From contig CM120644.1 of the NCBI GenBank assembly GCA_051362555.1, positions 1,248,954 through 1,312,953 of the forward strand: a stretch of DNA of 64,000 bases, written 5' to 3'. Every line of letters begins with the position of its first letter. Position 1 is the first letter of the stretch. Under the pieces are notes generated by a model. It saw only the letters and a list, made by a program, of their open reading frames with translations, had not been told where the DNA came from and ran no database searches. This document shows positions 24,851 through 39,061 of the stretch, piece by piece. The translations under genes and the position numbers were made by a program. The stretch comes from Lingula anatina (taxonomy: Eukaryota; Animalia; Brachiopoda).

Positions 24851-27800
24851 GAGCTTGTCCACGAGAGAACCAGCCCAGGGTGGCAAGGTGGGGGTCAGCG
24901 GATTTCAACCAAATTTGTTGTATGGAGGCATATTAGGAAGTTATTCATGAGTGAGGAAGGAATCCCAAAAATATCCTTTCTTCAGAGAATTATAGCCTAT
25001 TATAAGTCATGGCTTATGTAGCCTCTTTGAGACTCCATTTTTACCTTGGAAAAATAATGATATATTTTGTGTAAATTAAACAAAAATGGAGAAAACTAAA
25101 AAAATATTAGACCTTACAAACATTGAAAAAAATCATTTGGCTTGCCACAGATATATGTAGAATTCAGATAAGACCCTGCTTGGGCGAGCCACACCAATTT
25201 ATAACCCCCCCACCCCCCAAAGTCCAATTTTGATACTACCATCTTTAATTGCATATATCTCCATCTTCACAGGGTTTACAGCTATAAAACTGCATGAATA
25301 TTTTAGGCAGATATGGATCACTCCAAATCAAGTTTCAAAAGTTACTGCTGTATTAAAACAGGTACTGAAAAATACCCCCAAAGTTGGCCATTTTTAAGGC
25401 AAAAAATCGTGGTGGATTCATTCAAGTCTATGTAGACAATGGGTTTGATTAATTTATTAAACCATTTTGCTCTACAATGATGTTACTAAATTAATAGGGC
25501 TGGTGAGCATGGAAAGTAGATGTGTACTAATGAATATCAGGTCAGTGGGTCATAGGTCAAGGTCACTGGGCTTCATATTTGTAAATTGCCATATATGGAC
25601 TTTTTAATTTGTATGGACAAAAAGTTTAGAGGAAATAAATCTTAGATTCTGTTACTTTGGATAGGCACTGGCAATTAACTTGAGAGTTTACATGATAATT
25701 TTAATATATATATTTTTAATATCATCAATTTGGTGAATACAAATTAAAATCTTAGTTTAGTAGCTATTTCTTTTTGGTGCAATATTTATCATATAGAGAT
25801 CAGGATATGCCATAGTATTTATGAGAGCAAAGCCAGAACAAATCTTTTTTAATTATCAAGAGGTTTTTTTATTCATCCACACCACTTTTTGGTGACTATT
25901 TATGAGCATACAGAAACTAAAAAATTATTCAATTTAGTTTATTGTTGTCTCAGATGAATAATTACAAATAATAAAAAAAAATCACAAAATTATAATACAG
26001 CAATACATGCAAAGCAATGCAACATTAGTTGTGATCATTACAAACTATATCAAGATAAGCAAAACAAGATAATTTCCTGTTCAAAAAGCAAAACTAACAC
26101 AACCACAAAATATATCCTGGTGTTATGAAACATCTTTGCAGTTTTATATCAAACATTACAGCTCATAACATCAAAGTTTTTAATACATTCAAAAATAACT
26201 GCCGATTTTTTCTTCCTGAATAGTCTGTTACCCTCCTTACTGACATTTCAATCTCATCTTCATGCCCACAAATGCTACAATCTGCTGGCCTGTTTCTTGT
26301 GCCCTTCTAAACTCCTTCAGTAAAAACTCCTTTACTTTATTTGAATATAGTTTCAAAGGTTTAGATGACTTTAAAGCTCATCCATTGTGTAACTCAGTGA
26401 GATATTCAAGAGGGTGGAGTTCTCTCACAGCTGATGTGCTTTAAGTTTTTCTTTAGTCAGATTGTTGGCCCTCTAGACTTTAATTTGATCAAAAGCTGTT
26501 TTTGGCATATTTCATAACTTAAAAAAAGGACCATACAATTACTCTTCAGTCTTGGTAGCAAAAGATTTCAGAGAAGACTTCTCTGGACAAGAAAAATTTC
26601 CTTGTTTGTGATCTTGCTTGGTATAGTCCCAGTTGACACATTTGCCTCTGAAAAACCCAAATTAACTTTAACATCAGCATCACTCATGTTAAAACTGCTC
26701 AAGGAAGGGAGACACCTTTTCTCATGTTGTAGGAATCAAGAAAGCTAAATTGTTGTAACTGGACACTCCAGTCCACGCAGGTTTGGAAGATGTCTGTCCA
26801 GCTGGATGTAGAAAATGGCTCCAACTGCAGAAACTAGGGCCTCATGCATCTCCTCAGCATTTGTTATATTGTGGCTTTCATTTACATACATGCCTTTCTA
26901 CAACAGCAGTCATTTCCACACTAGTTTCAGTTTCTGCAAGGCTTTGGACTCTTTTGCTGAACATAAGATCACTGTGTGTCAAATAGCACTTCTCAAATAT
27001 GCCTGAAATATACATATAGCTTACTATAGACACATGAAAACACTTATCTGAAAGTTAATTGATACATTGATGAAAAATAAATTATTATCCCATTTGTCCA
27101 TGTTTTATAAGTAAGGCATGGTTTCGAATATTAATTATGATGAGCCTAGCAGTTATGCCAAGACCAGCCATAGCTTCAATCTAATTCCAATTGTTACCCT
27201 TACCCAAATACCATTAAACCTACATAAATACCCACACAAATATAGCTTAAAAGATAAAATTATCACAGGTCCTTAGGCTGCAATTTCATTATTTTAAAGG
27301 GGGCATTTTTCTTTCGAAAAAAAAAAAAAAATGGACCGCTTACCATTAAAAAATTACACCTAGATCATTTTTCTGAGTGAACTTTTTTTCTGGCTTTTAG
27401 CCTGTATTAAAATACAAACAAACCCGTTTCTTACCTGAACCAAGTGGTACCAGTACATTCAAATGGCTTTTTGTCTACACTGGCATCTGCAGGTTAATCC
27501 CATGACATATTTCGTTATAGGCTCGTTTTTCCCTGTGTGGATGGTTTCCAGCACAAACCAAGCCCATATCCCAGTTCTGGTCACATGGTGTAACCCATTC
27601 ATTCTCCCAAAGATACTTGGAAATGTCCAATTACGATCATCGGAGACAAAAGAATCCACACCTGACAAGAATCAGTTTGCTTTCGTAACTCACGCTGTTT
27701 TGCTTCATGTAAACGCGACGAAGATGACTGTTAATATCTCTGTTGCAATTTCTCAATACACTACATGTTTTTTTATATCTGTACACAGAGTATAAACCAC

Positions 27801-28616
27801 ATGATATACGACTTCGTTGAGGAAGATTTGCAAACAAACAGTCTGCAATTTCCGCCATGTTGGATAATGACGTTGTGTTGTTCTGACGTTAGTACATTAG
27901 TTTCACATGATTTTAAAATGTGTTAGATGCTTGTTTTAACCAGAAAAAAATTAAAATAAGTAAAATGAAAATAAAAAGTTCAACTTACAGTGTTTTAAAC
28001 CATTTGTTGACTTGAAAGAGATAGCTGAAGTTGAGAACACCGATATATGTGTCGGGATATATTTCCAAAAAATGAAGAAATTAGGTCATGTTCTATCTGT
28101 TACAACGGACAAGTTGTAGAACAGCAGTAAGTTTTGATTTCATGTATAAATAGATTATGAGTTATCTGTTAGTCCTGAACACGCTTTACCCCAAAGACCT
28201 GTGAAGATGAAGATATTGTCAAAAATAGAAGGGGGGTGTTAAAAGCATGTGGTTTGTAAGCCTGAGAAAAACGCTTGGTTTGTTACCATGGAAACGAAGA
28301 GAGTGAAAAAAGTGTATATCATTTTAATCCCCTATCTTTAGGTTATAATATATCACCAAACTAAATCATTTAGTGACACCTGTATAAACTTTAAGGCCAA
28401 TCAATATAACCCTGTTTTTCAGAAGAATTTTTGGTTGATAATACCCCCAAATTGTCACTGGCCATATCTCTGTAAGTAGGGATTTTTTTCAGGAAATATT
28501 GTAGCCTCAGATATTGTTCATATAAAGGTTCAAACACACCAAATATGATGTAAATCCGTTCACCCCCACCTTGCCGCATTTTCTACATTTGGTTTGGTTT
28601 TCTCGTGGACACACAC
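24851..28616 (-). mobile_element. TTAA-flanked DNA transposon (Kolobok-like), internally degenerate
   Basis: TIRs GAGCTTGTCCACGAGAGAACCA / TGGTTTTCTCGTGGACACACAC. TTAA on both sides (24847-24850, 28617-28620). Paralogous sites at 13820 and 46090 have a single TTAA (empty site). The non-CCC termini argue against piggyBac. Confidence 0.8.
26700..27858 (-). pseudogene. Decayed, spliced Cys/His-rich transposon protein N-terminus inside the TTAA element
   Basis: MAEIADCLF...CNRDINSHLRR...ESKLILVRCGFF, then a frameshifted segment ...GINLQM..*..LVPLGS ending at a gtaag donor (~27430), resuming after tttcag (~27002) as GIFEKC. Contains stops and frameshifts. Confidence 0.5.
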
Positions 28617-29884
28617 TTAAAAGAGATTACAAACAAAATGACAGCTTCATCACATATTTTATTGTATAAGCGATGAAAAATTTCATATATGTAATACAGA
28701 ATATGTTTCCGAATTGCACCGGTCTATTTGTGGGAAAAAGCAGTAAAGATATTTAGAATGATATGAGCAAGGAACTGTTTGTTATGGGTCACGTGGTTGA
28801 TGTCGTCATATCCGGCTGTGCACACTGCAGAATAAATTTATGCGCAGCATCAGTTTCTGGAATATAAATAAATGATTGATAATGACTTTAACATACTGCA
28901 CGGGTCACGGTAGATATTAAAAACGGACCAATACATGACTTAATGAATAGATAATTGTCTAAAGTATCTTCCTTCAGATCAATACAGTTCAGTGCTTTTA
29001 ACCCTTTGTTGTACTTATTGGCGGAGACTATCAAGACTATGAAGAAGGAGACTGTGTCGACAAGGTTGGTGGAACACATTTGGATCTTGACTCGAGCACC
29101 ATTCAGATAAACGATACAGCATAGGCCGGTTTGGTTTAAACAATGGCAGGATCATCGCATGTCATATTTACAGACTGTCAATTAAAACTCGTTCATTATA
29201 TTTTATTTATTTTCTGACTAGCCTTAACTAGCCATTAGAAATACATGTATTAAGCTGAAGTACACAATCGCCAAAAAAATGTGGTAGTAAAACGACATCT
29301 TACCACAAAAACCCCCATGGGCTAATAAATCCGTTCTATGCTCCGTATGGAGGCTTTCTATCGAGTACCTTTGTATCCGTAACCTCCTCCGTTGCTGTTG
29401 TATCCGTTCAGGTGATATCCGGTGCGATCATCATATCCGTACCCTTGAAAATTATAGCTGTTGTCGCCATTTCCACAGCCACCTGGTTGGTCTACAGAGT
29501 GAGTCCTTTTACAAAATAAAAAAGACAAATACCTTTTCAATTTCATTGAGATAAAATTAACAATATGAAAAAAGAAAACGTCGCCTTTCAAAGAGTCTTC
29601 AGTGGCACTCCGCTTATTAGACATGCAATAAAGGTTGAGCATATCATTTTCTCTATAAAATTATCATTTCTTCGCTTGTTTTGTCTCGATTCTCGAGCGC
29701 TGAACAAAATGAAACCACAACAGTAACTTGGTTCTAAACAAAGGTTAGCTAGGCAATTTCTACAGCTACATATTAAAAGAAAACAGACTGTCCGGATCAA
29801 CTCTTTTTTAATTCCAATTGTAGTATTAGATGAATTGAATGTTGATAAGAGTATATCAATAAACAAATAATGACACCGTAGTAA

Positions 29885-29929
<45 letters not shown>

Positions 29930-31199
29930 GCACACACACACACACACGCATACTTGTCTATGTGTACCAACCGAGGACATCAGCACAACACCATACAACC
30001 GAGGACATCTTATTCCTTGGTTAAATCAAAATAAAAACATTCAATTTAGGGTAAAATCTATTCGAGTATGAATGTTATAAATTAATTTTTTATAAAAACT
30101 AATTTTTTGCTGACAAGAATTTTACATTCTAACCGAGGACACACACGGACACACACACGGACAGACACTACACATTACAACCGAGGACATGCATGCATCT
30201 ACATGTAATAATGATTGTACTTTTAATGCAAAGCAAATTTTATATAGCGTTACTTTGCAGCAATTCACATTTTTATGAAATTCTTTCATATTTAAGGTAA
30301 ATTCCAAAATAACACCAGAGGTGATGATTAAATGAACAGTTATACAATATTTAATGCTGGGCTTTGCCACTTTTTTAGAATTGAAGATTATGAGATAAAA
30401 CATCAATTAATTTAGGAAAAGAAAGGATACTGATGAAATAAAATAAAAGACCAAAGAAATTCGTTTTCAAACATTTTATTTTCATAATGCTTATTTTCTA
30501 TTTAGCACTCTTTTATTATCATGAATTTTGTATTTTGATAACACAAAGTGTCGTCCATTGGATACAGACTTGAACAGTACACAATTTTACAATTGAGGAC
30601 ATCATGCCAGCAGCACCCAAAATTGTGCTTTCTTCCAATTTGATGCAATATTATATAATGCTTAACAGCATAATGATCATCAATTTTTATAATAAAATAT
30701 TAGTATCATGAATATTCAGAAAATGTGACTAGCAAAGGTTTTCAGGTTCATGGAACTCCAAAGTCATACTTTGAAAATGCTAAATGTATACAAGAGAGCA
30801 CTGTACTGAAATGGGTTTCTTTCCATTTTTAACTTTTTTACATAAAATAAAACAGTTTACTGCCATTTCACATGATCAACTAAGAAAATTGTTGAGATGG
30901 CAAAAATATCAATATAACAAGTTTAAATGTCCAATTTCCTCCATTCCGAACATTGTGAATAATTGAATCTGACAAACTACAATGATACGAGTTCATTTCC
31001 ATTTTGGCACTTTTTTTACACAATACAAGATAACAGGTTTACCACCATTTTTATATAATCAACTAGCAATATTGTCAAGACGCAGAAATTGTCAAACAAC
31101 CCATTTTACATATCTAGTAAATTCAATAATGAGACTGTTTACATGCCTGACAATCAAATCTGAGGAAAACCACTTATATACAAATAAAAGCTGAAGTCC

Positions 31200-32315
31200 C
31201 TCAGAACTCAACCAATCTATCTTATTTTTAAATTTGATTTGTATATAGATAACATTGATCACTCTTGTGAGTTTAATGACAACAGGCCTATCGGTTCTCC
31301 CAGAAATGTGCTTACAGTGTTACTTATATGCTGAAAAAAACAGCATAACATTTGAAAGAAAAGGGCCTGGTCATGCTGATTTTCAATCTTGACCATTCTT
31401 TTACTCATAATAATCAGTTCTGTGAGTTTCATGAAAACAGGCTTTAAGTTATTGGTTCTTCCTGAAATGTGCTTACAGTGTTACTTATATGCTTAAAAAA
31501 AACAGCATAACATTTGAAAGAAAAGGGCCTGGTCATGCTGATTTTCAATGTTGACCATTCTTTTACTAATAATCATCAGTTCTGTGTTTCATGAAAACAG
31601 GCTTATTGGTTCTCCTTGAAATGTGCTTACAGTGTTACATATATGCTGAAAAAAAACCAGCATAACATTTGAAAGAAAAGGGCCTGGTCATGCTGATTTT
31701 CAATCTTGATCATTCTTTTTAATTTACTAATAATCATCAGTTCTCTGAGTTTCATGAAAACAGGCCTATTGGTTCTCCTTGAAGTGTGTTTACAGTGTTG
31801 CATGTACACTGAAAAAAGGAGAAAAAAAATGCAAAACTTTTGAAAATAATCACCCCATTTCCTCCATTTTGAGACACTGTATTACACAGTACATGATAAC
31901 ATGTTTACCGTCATATTTATTTAATCAACTAGCAATGTTGTAAAGATGCAGAAAATTTCAGACAAACACTAACATATTTACATATCTAGTTAGTTCAATA
32001 ACGAAACTGTCAACATGCCTGACAATCAAATCTGAGGAAAACCACTTATATACAAATAAAAGCTGAAGTCCCTCAAAACTCAAGCAATCAATCTTATTTT
32101 TAAACTTGATTTGTATATAGATAACATTGATTACTCCTGTGAGTTTCATGAAAACAGGCTTATTGGTTCTCCCTGAAATGTGCTTACAGTGTTACTTATA
32201 TGCTGAAAAAAAAAAAAAACAGCATAACATTTGAAAGAAAAGGGCCTGGTCATGCTGATTTTCAATCTTGACCATTCTTTTACTTATAATCATCAGTTCT
32301 GTGAGTTTTATGAAA
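31200..32315. repeat. ~155-160-bp tandem repeats (Helentron/HINE-type core repeats)
   Basis: Unit GAAATGTGCTTACAGTGTTACTTATATGCTGAAAAAAACAGCATAACATTTGAAAGAAAAGGGCCTGGTCATGCTGATTTTCAATC... at ~31302, 31464, 31618 and 32175. Related units occur at 34510-34820. Confidence 0.8.
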
Positions 32316-32321
32316 AGCCTA

Positions 32322-33033
32322 CTCTGAAGTATCGAATATAAGTACTGATGGAATAAAAGTACTGGGTGGAAAAAATCTCAAAATTTAATAAAAGTACTGG
32401 GTGGAAAAAATCTCGAAATTTAATAAAAGTACTGGATGGAATAAAAGTACTGGGTGGAAAAAACCTTTACACCGCTCCCCCCCCCCCAAAAAAAAAAAAT
32501 GAAATAAATAAATAAAAGTAAAGAAGAAGAAGAGAAAGAAACAAGGCAGCAAAGCTGTCAAATGTACAGACAAAAACCAGAAAATAAAAACGCAGGAAAT
32601 AGGATACTGTCAATTCTGATGAACTAATGTATTATGCTAACTGTAAATGCATAGCCAAAATCAAATTCTTATTCTGCATAACATTGGATTAGGATGAAAG
32701 TAAAATGTGTATCAAGCATTAGACTAAGTTCCCATACCTAGATCAATCTAACAGGATCAATCCAACTCCAAGGGGTTTCTCACTAAATTGCTTTCAGTTT
32801 GAGAGTCTTAGGATTCTGGCATGCCAGTTTCAGTAGGCGTGACAGACAACTAAGCCACTTACATTGATTGCAATTAAGCGAGAATTCCCATGGAGATAGA
32901 TCGATCCACAGTTAGCGTGATAGGGTCTGGAAATAGTCCATAAGGTGTCAGGCTGATAAGAGTTAAACTTTGGAAATGCCAGAATGAGGTACAGTGAAAA
33001 TTAAACACAAAAAAAAAATTGCTTAAACTCATT

Positions 33034-33115
<82 letters not shown>

Positions 33116-35669
33116 AATTTTTTTTTTTTTTTTTTTTTTGCTGTATGTCAATCCTAAGAATCATTCTTGTAACTTAACAAAATACAGAAAATGTTACAAA
33201 GTAAGAGTACAGGGCTCCTGGCAGATGGGAGTGATAAGTCACGACTTGAAAATGCCAGTATAGCACTCTATAAACCTGCATTGCCTCCAAAACAGAAAAC
33301 AATCACACTGGTTTTCAAACACAAGCTGCACTTCTGTCTTATGAAACTTTTCAGTAAGTTTCAGTATCGTAAGTAACATGGTTTTCCCTTAACCGCTATC
33401 CTGGCAGCAGTGTCCAAAATAGGGTTTTCTTCAACTTTCATGCAATAAACCATAATACTTAACAGCATAATGACCATCAAATTTTTTATAAAAAAATAAA
33501 AGTATCATGAATATTCAGAAAATGTGATTTGGGAAGGTCTTCAAGGCCATGGAAGTTCAGAATCACACTTTCAAAATGCCAAAATGTAAACAAGAGATAA
33601 CTGTACTGAAATGATTTTCTTTCCATTTTCAACACCTTTTTTAAAACAAAATGATCAATAAACTGTCATTTTTAAATGTTCAACTAGGAAAATTGTTGAC
33701 ATAGGAAAACTATCAATAGAACAATTTTCAATGTCCAATTTGCTCCATTTGCAGATGCTGAACATAGTGAATGATTAAATCTGACAAACTGCAATGATGA
33801 GTTCCTTTCCATTTATGATACTTTATTACACAATGCACAATATTATAACAGGTTTACCGTCATTTTTATATAATCAACAATATTGTTAAGAAGCAGAAAA
33901 TGTCAAAACAACACTTTTACATATCTTATTAGTTCCATAATGAGACTGTTAACATGCCTAAGAATTAAATCTGAAGAAATAACAATTATATACAAAAATA
34001 CAGAAAATGCACAGCACTTCTGGTGGATGGGAGTAAAAAATCACATCTTGAAGATGCTAGTGTTTGAAAAATAATTTAAAAAAAAATTTAAAAAAAAAAA
34101 ACGTAAAAAATTCCAATAAAGCTGCTATTCAAACTTTTAATCTAGCTGTATTAACTTGATATTAATAACCCCACCAAGTTTGAGAAAAATAAAGCACTGT
34201 TATTCTTCTATAGCATGTTGGCATAACACATTCTTTTTGTTGTAAATTTATTTGCAATGTTTAACACCATTTATCTGCACAATTATCACCAAATCCTAAT
34301 TTTGTGACACAGTTAAGAGAGCTAAACCTATGGGACTTTACAGGGAAATCTCAAGGAGTGTTTTATGTAATCTCATTTAATGGCCAATTGAAAATTAATG
34401 AGTAGGCAAGTGACTTTATAGACCTTAATTTAATTAGTGATCACCCAAGGGACAATTTTATAGACTGCCATCCATACAGTACCATCATATAGCACAAAGG
34501 TGTTGCATACATGCTGGAAAAAGTGAAAAACAGCATTACTTCCCTAAAAATGACCCAATCACGCTGATTTTCAAACTTGACCTGCGTATTATGAATATTC
34601 ATCAGTTCTGTAAGTTTGAAACCAAAAGGTAAAATGGTTTTCCACTTATCGTGTTATCGGTGCTGCATATATGCTGAAAAAAGTGAAAAAACAGCATAAA
34701 TTCCCTATAAGTGACCCGATCATGCTGATTTTCGAACTTGACCTGCGTATTACGAATATTCATCAGTTCTGTAAGTTTCAAGCCAAAAGAAAAAACAGTT
34801 TTCCAATTATCGTGTTATCGGTAAAAGTGCACGGCGACAGCGACGGCGACGACAGACGCAGATGACGGCTATATGTACAGACACATCTGTGTCTGTACAT
34901 AAAAAGCTAGCTATTGATCATTGTAAAAAAAAAAAAAAAAAAAAAAAAATTCACCAGGTAAAATTCACTCAGTATTAAAATTTATCTTAAAAACGGGATG
35001 AGTTAAATTTCATAATTGTCAGGGGCCGAAGACCCAGATATATCGCACCTAAGCCGCCTCCGAGAGCCATACGGTTCATACTAGTAAATTTATTCTCAGA
35101 TATAATAGGTTCGTTTTGCATACCTGTAAACTCCTAAGGGTTTATCTTACATAGAAATGTGATTTAACATCGTTTAAATCATAAATCGACATGAAATAAT
35201 TGACGTTTGAAAACAGACACAACTTCTTTGCTGCACTTGAAATGACCTCCTTAGCTATAAATATGATCCTATCACCTTGCGACATTGCATCATTCGATCG
35301 ATATACATGAGTAGTTGTCACTGCTGAAGGGAAAGCACGTCTATTTATAGAAACTGAAATCAGGTGACGCATGTACTGTTGTGTTCAGAGAGCGACTTCC
35401 GCTTGACCTACTTTCCAGTGCTGTTTGTGGAACAGTAGGTAATGAGTTGAGATCTCGATTTTCTTCTCATTATACTTCAATTTAAGAAAATAAAAAGCGT
35501 GACTTGTACTTGTGTAATTTCCCACCGGTACAATAGGTATTTAATAAACATACCGGGTGGAAGATTTTTGAAAAATTAATAAGCGTACTGGGTGAAAATG
35601 GAGCGTACCGGCGGGAAGAAATTTGGAAAATTAATTAACGTACCGGTACGTTTATTTGATACTTCAGAG
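32322..35669. mobile_element. TA-flanked non-autonomous DNA transposon (Tc1/mariner/pogo-type ends), nested
   Basis: TA|CTCTGAAGTATCGAATA...TATTTGATACTTCAGAG|TA, with subterminal GTACTGGGTGGAAAA-type repeats at both ends. Confidence 0.75.
33380..34905. mobile_element. Helentron-associated non-autonomous element (HINE/DINE-like); a related copy lies at ~30590-32315
   Basis: Core repeats, then a short (CGACGG)-like microsatellite, then the perfect hairpin TATGTACAGACAC-ATCT-GTGTCTGTACATA (34872-34901) and an A-run. 33410-33980 is a diverged match of 30615-31170. Confidence 0.6.
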
Positions 35670-35872
35670 TAGGAGAGCTTAATTTGATAAAAAAAGACCT
35701 TTAGTTTAAAAATATGAACTTACTGAATATATAGACATCTGAGATATAACATTAGTTTCAGTTTAGTCTGCCCTTTACAGCACAACCGAGGACGCGGAAT
35801 TTGGTCCGCCCTTTACAGCACAACCGAGGACGCGTGTGTATAGCCCGATTTCAGACAAAAAGTTGGACAGTA

Positions 35873-37837
35873 GGGGAGAGCGGGGTGGGTTGGAACGCGG
35901 GTAAGTTGGAACATTGGCTTTATTTCTTAAATCACAAGACCGATCATGTGCTCCTTCAGCATAAAAATGTCACGTGGCATGGTCATTCATCCGGTAAACT
36001 TGTGGAAGTTTCGAAAATGCAGTAAAAGTTTTATGCGAAAAAAACTTATTTTCGCTACTCGAAGTAAGTTTTCATATTTTTGACATTCATCGTACTGTAA
36101 ACTAAAGTATAAGGATTATATCACTGAAATTGTGCATAGCGTTTAGGACCACCTTGATGTTCAAAAGGCTGTTGTTTTTTTAATCACTTCCCACGTGTTA
36201 AAGAAATACAGTGTCATAAGTAGGCCATGACGTCATGGGGGCTGGTCGGAACATTTGACATGGGGCCAGTTGGAACACTGTCAGGGGTGTTCCAACCCAC
36301 CCCGCACGGTGTTTTTCATTTTTTAAACCTCTCTAAATGTTTTAATTTCAACTTTGAAGAGAGTAGTAACGTAGTAACCCAGTACAACTCCAACTGGAGA
36401 CGGAATCTAGCTGATAGAACATCTCCAAGATGCCGGAATGTACATGCGTGTAGAAGATACAAGGGGGGGGGGGGGGGGTCATTGCTTGTTAAATGCAGTT
36501 CCTAGCTGTTTGGTCTAAAGGGGTCTGCATGCCCACTGTTGCTTTTTGCGATAAATTGCTTTTAGATGTGGAAGGAAATGTTGATTATTACTCTGCTTTT
36601 CGCGGCAAAATGAAAATATTCTAGCTGAGAGCCTATGTTATGGATAAACTATACAACACCAATTCTGCCGATGTAGTTTTAAATGTTTTGTGTAATGGAT
36701 TGGGGGTTGCTGTTAATGTTTAGTGAACGACGGTACAAAATCCGCCAGAAAAGACAAACATTCACCTCGTAACTTAGACAAAGATTCAGTTGAAATCTCA
36801 GTTGCCCTCACCGGAAGAGGTGCTACAGCACGCTAAAGCTCACTTAAGAAAAACCCCAAACAGCTCAAGTCCAGCAATAATTAGACCCTTTCCAAAGGCT
36901 CACCGTCGCATTCCAAAGATTAAAAGAAGAAAACGATGCAGTGCAGTACTAACTGACACACCTGAAAATGAGCTACTCGAAAAAGAAAAGGCCAAGCCCA
37001 ACAAAATTAAAAAGGACAAGCGCAACAAAAATAAAAAACAGTTTAAGATTTCTAGTCGATAGAGAAAATCAAGAAAAGGGAAATTAAAGATGACCAGCGA
37101 TTCTGAGTCAGAAGAAGAGTGGCCATGTCTGGTTTGTGGGGAGCCGTTCATTAACAGCCGACCAAAAGAGCAATGGGTTAAATGCATTGTTTGTCTAAAG
37201 TGGTCACATGAAGACTGTACAAAGGTTGACCAAGTGTAGGGCCTACATATGTCAGAACTGCGATTTTGATTCTGAGTTGTTGAGTTGAAAGAGATACAGT
37301 TTTCATTTGTAGGTCTAACATACTGTTGTTAATAGGTTGAGTTATATGAGTTCAATTTCTTTTCTCTTAAACTACACCACTTTTGTTATCATTATGAAAT
37401 GAAGTGTAACTGGATATGGTTTATACATCGAAAAGACTATTTGAAAGCAAATTGTAAAAGTAAAAAATGCTTACAAACTATGGAGATACGAATACAAAGT
37501 AACACGTACTTGTTGGGAAATTAATATAGATAAACCTACTCTTAAAATGAATTATACTTTGAATTTATATGCAAGCGTTCCAACTCGCCCTCTTGTTCCA
37601 ACTCACCCCACTGCCTGTTCCAACTGACCCCGCGGGTGGGGTGAGATGGAACGTTTTAGGAGCCAACTTTGAGCATTTATTACTCTAAAATAAAAAGACC
37701 TACTTGATGTTTTATTTCATAGATAAGTGCGGCATATAATTTTCCCCTATCAGATTTTTTATTTTTGTCCCCAAAGCTTTGACTGCTGAGATATCGCAAA
37801 AAAGGTGAAAACTGTTCCAACCAACCCCGCTCTCCCC
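35873..37837 (+). mobile_element. Internally deleted pogo-like DNA transposon
   Basis: TIRs GGGGAGAGCGGGGTGGGTTGGAAC / GTTCCAACCAACCCCGCTCTCCCC, TA on both sides, GTTGGAAC subterminal repeats. Confidence 0.85.
36790..37270 (+). pseudogene. C-terminal remnant of a pogo-type (DDE_1) transposase with a PHD finger
   Basis: IIRPFPKA..KRRKRCSAVLTDTPE, a stop, then EEEWPCLVCGEPFINSRPKEQWVKCIVCLKWSHEDC...YICQNC (C4HC3, frameshifted). No catalytic domain is present. Confidence 0.7.
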
Positions 37838-38630
37838 TATTTCTGATACACTCGTGGCGGGAATTTGGCCCGCGCTATACAGCATAACCGAGGACTGGCT
37901 CAGAATAGCGTCAAATTTCACCACCTAACTTGAAATGGGCCCCTTTATGCATTCCACTGCTTATGTCAACCGAGGACGTCCTCGGTTGGAGGTGTGTCCT
38001 CGGTTAGTGGGTTTCGGGCGGGTGTGTGTCCTCGGTTAGATTGCGTGCACAAGAGCACGGATACACACGCACAAATACACACACAAATGCACACACGCAT
38101 ACACGCACCAACACACCCATCACACCAAGCGCCCCATGCACCGGTGGCTGTCATGGCGACGAGAGCAGCGAGTAGAATCAGCTTCATCATTTTGGCGTCA
38201 AAATAGCTGTCGTCTGCTGACTGTTGAAGTGTGACTTGGAGCTTGATTGAAGTCGAAGTCTGTCAAAACTGGACCAAGGCATCCGTTTTATACCGTTGTA
38301 ACACACAACGAATTTGTAATTGCTATACTTTTGGAAGCCAGTATTTTGCCTTAAGATATTTGCGACGAAGGTCGGGATGGTAAATTTGATGTAAGACGCA
38401 CACGGAATAAATCATCATTTATTTGCGTTTCAGTTGGCATCGCATTTCTTTGTTGCAATTATAAGATGGGCTGGTATGCCATTTAGATTCATTCACCTTT
38501 ACTAGTTTATTAAAGCACTGCCTATGTGGAAATGAAACAGCCGCATTTCCTTGATAATGAAGTATCGAAAAACAAACAAAAACACGCACTGAGAGAGAAA
38601 GAGAGTGTATGTGTTTGTGTGTTTGGGAGT

Positions 38631-38671
<41 letters not shown>

Positions 38672-38996
38672 AGGGAGGGAGGGGAAAGAGAGGATTGACT
38701 TGCATGTGTTATAATAATTCCATCATCACAAAATATTAGGTGGAAAAGCGTTTCTATCTTCAGTTGTATAAAATGCATTAACAATTATTCTTAATTAGCA
38801 GAGTCATCAACGCATTCTATGCTTTAATTTGACTGAGGCGTTATTTAACAACTCTCCCCTCCTTCAAGATAGGTCCAGCGCTCCCGCTGACTACACGTAC
38901 ATTGGGCGACCGCCAGTAGTCATTCTTTTATGAATTGAATCGGAATGATCACCTGAACTTGATGGGAAAGTGTGGTTACTTCAATGAGTCTCTCTC

Positions 38997-39061
<65 letters not shown>

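Larger units (their letters stand above)
29953..38053. mobile_element. About 8.1-kb composite insertion in intron 1 of gene E, bounded by imperfect TIRs and AACCGAGGAC subterminal repeats
   Basis: CTTGT..AACCGAGGACA at the left end and TGTCCTCGGTT..ACAAG at the right end. AACCGAGGAC occurs at ~29969, 29997, 30131, 30179, 35785, 35822, 37887 and 37968, and inverted three times at 37978-38037. Absent from the introns of B, D and G. No clear TSD. Confidence 0.7.
28856..38190 (-). pseudogene. Gene E: disrupted family member; exon 1 38190-38117, exon 2 29505-29304, exon 3 from 28856
   Basis: Exon 1 MMKLILLAALVAMTATGAWGAWCD ends GG|gtgtgt. Exon 2 reads THSVDQPGGCGNGDNSYNFQGYGYDDRTGYHLNGYNSNGGGYGYKGTR*, with a 2-bp deletion relative to B/G causing a frameshift and stop. 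Intron 1 carries an ~8-kb insertion. The 3' UTR and AATAAA (28658-28663) are conserved. Confidence 0.8.
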
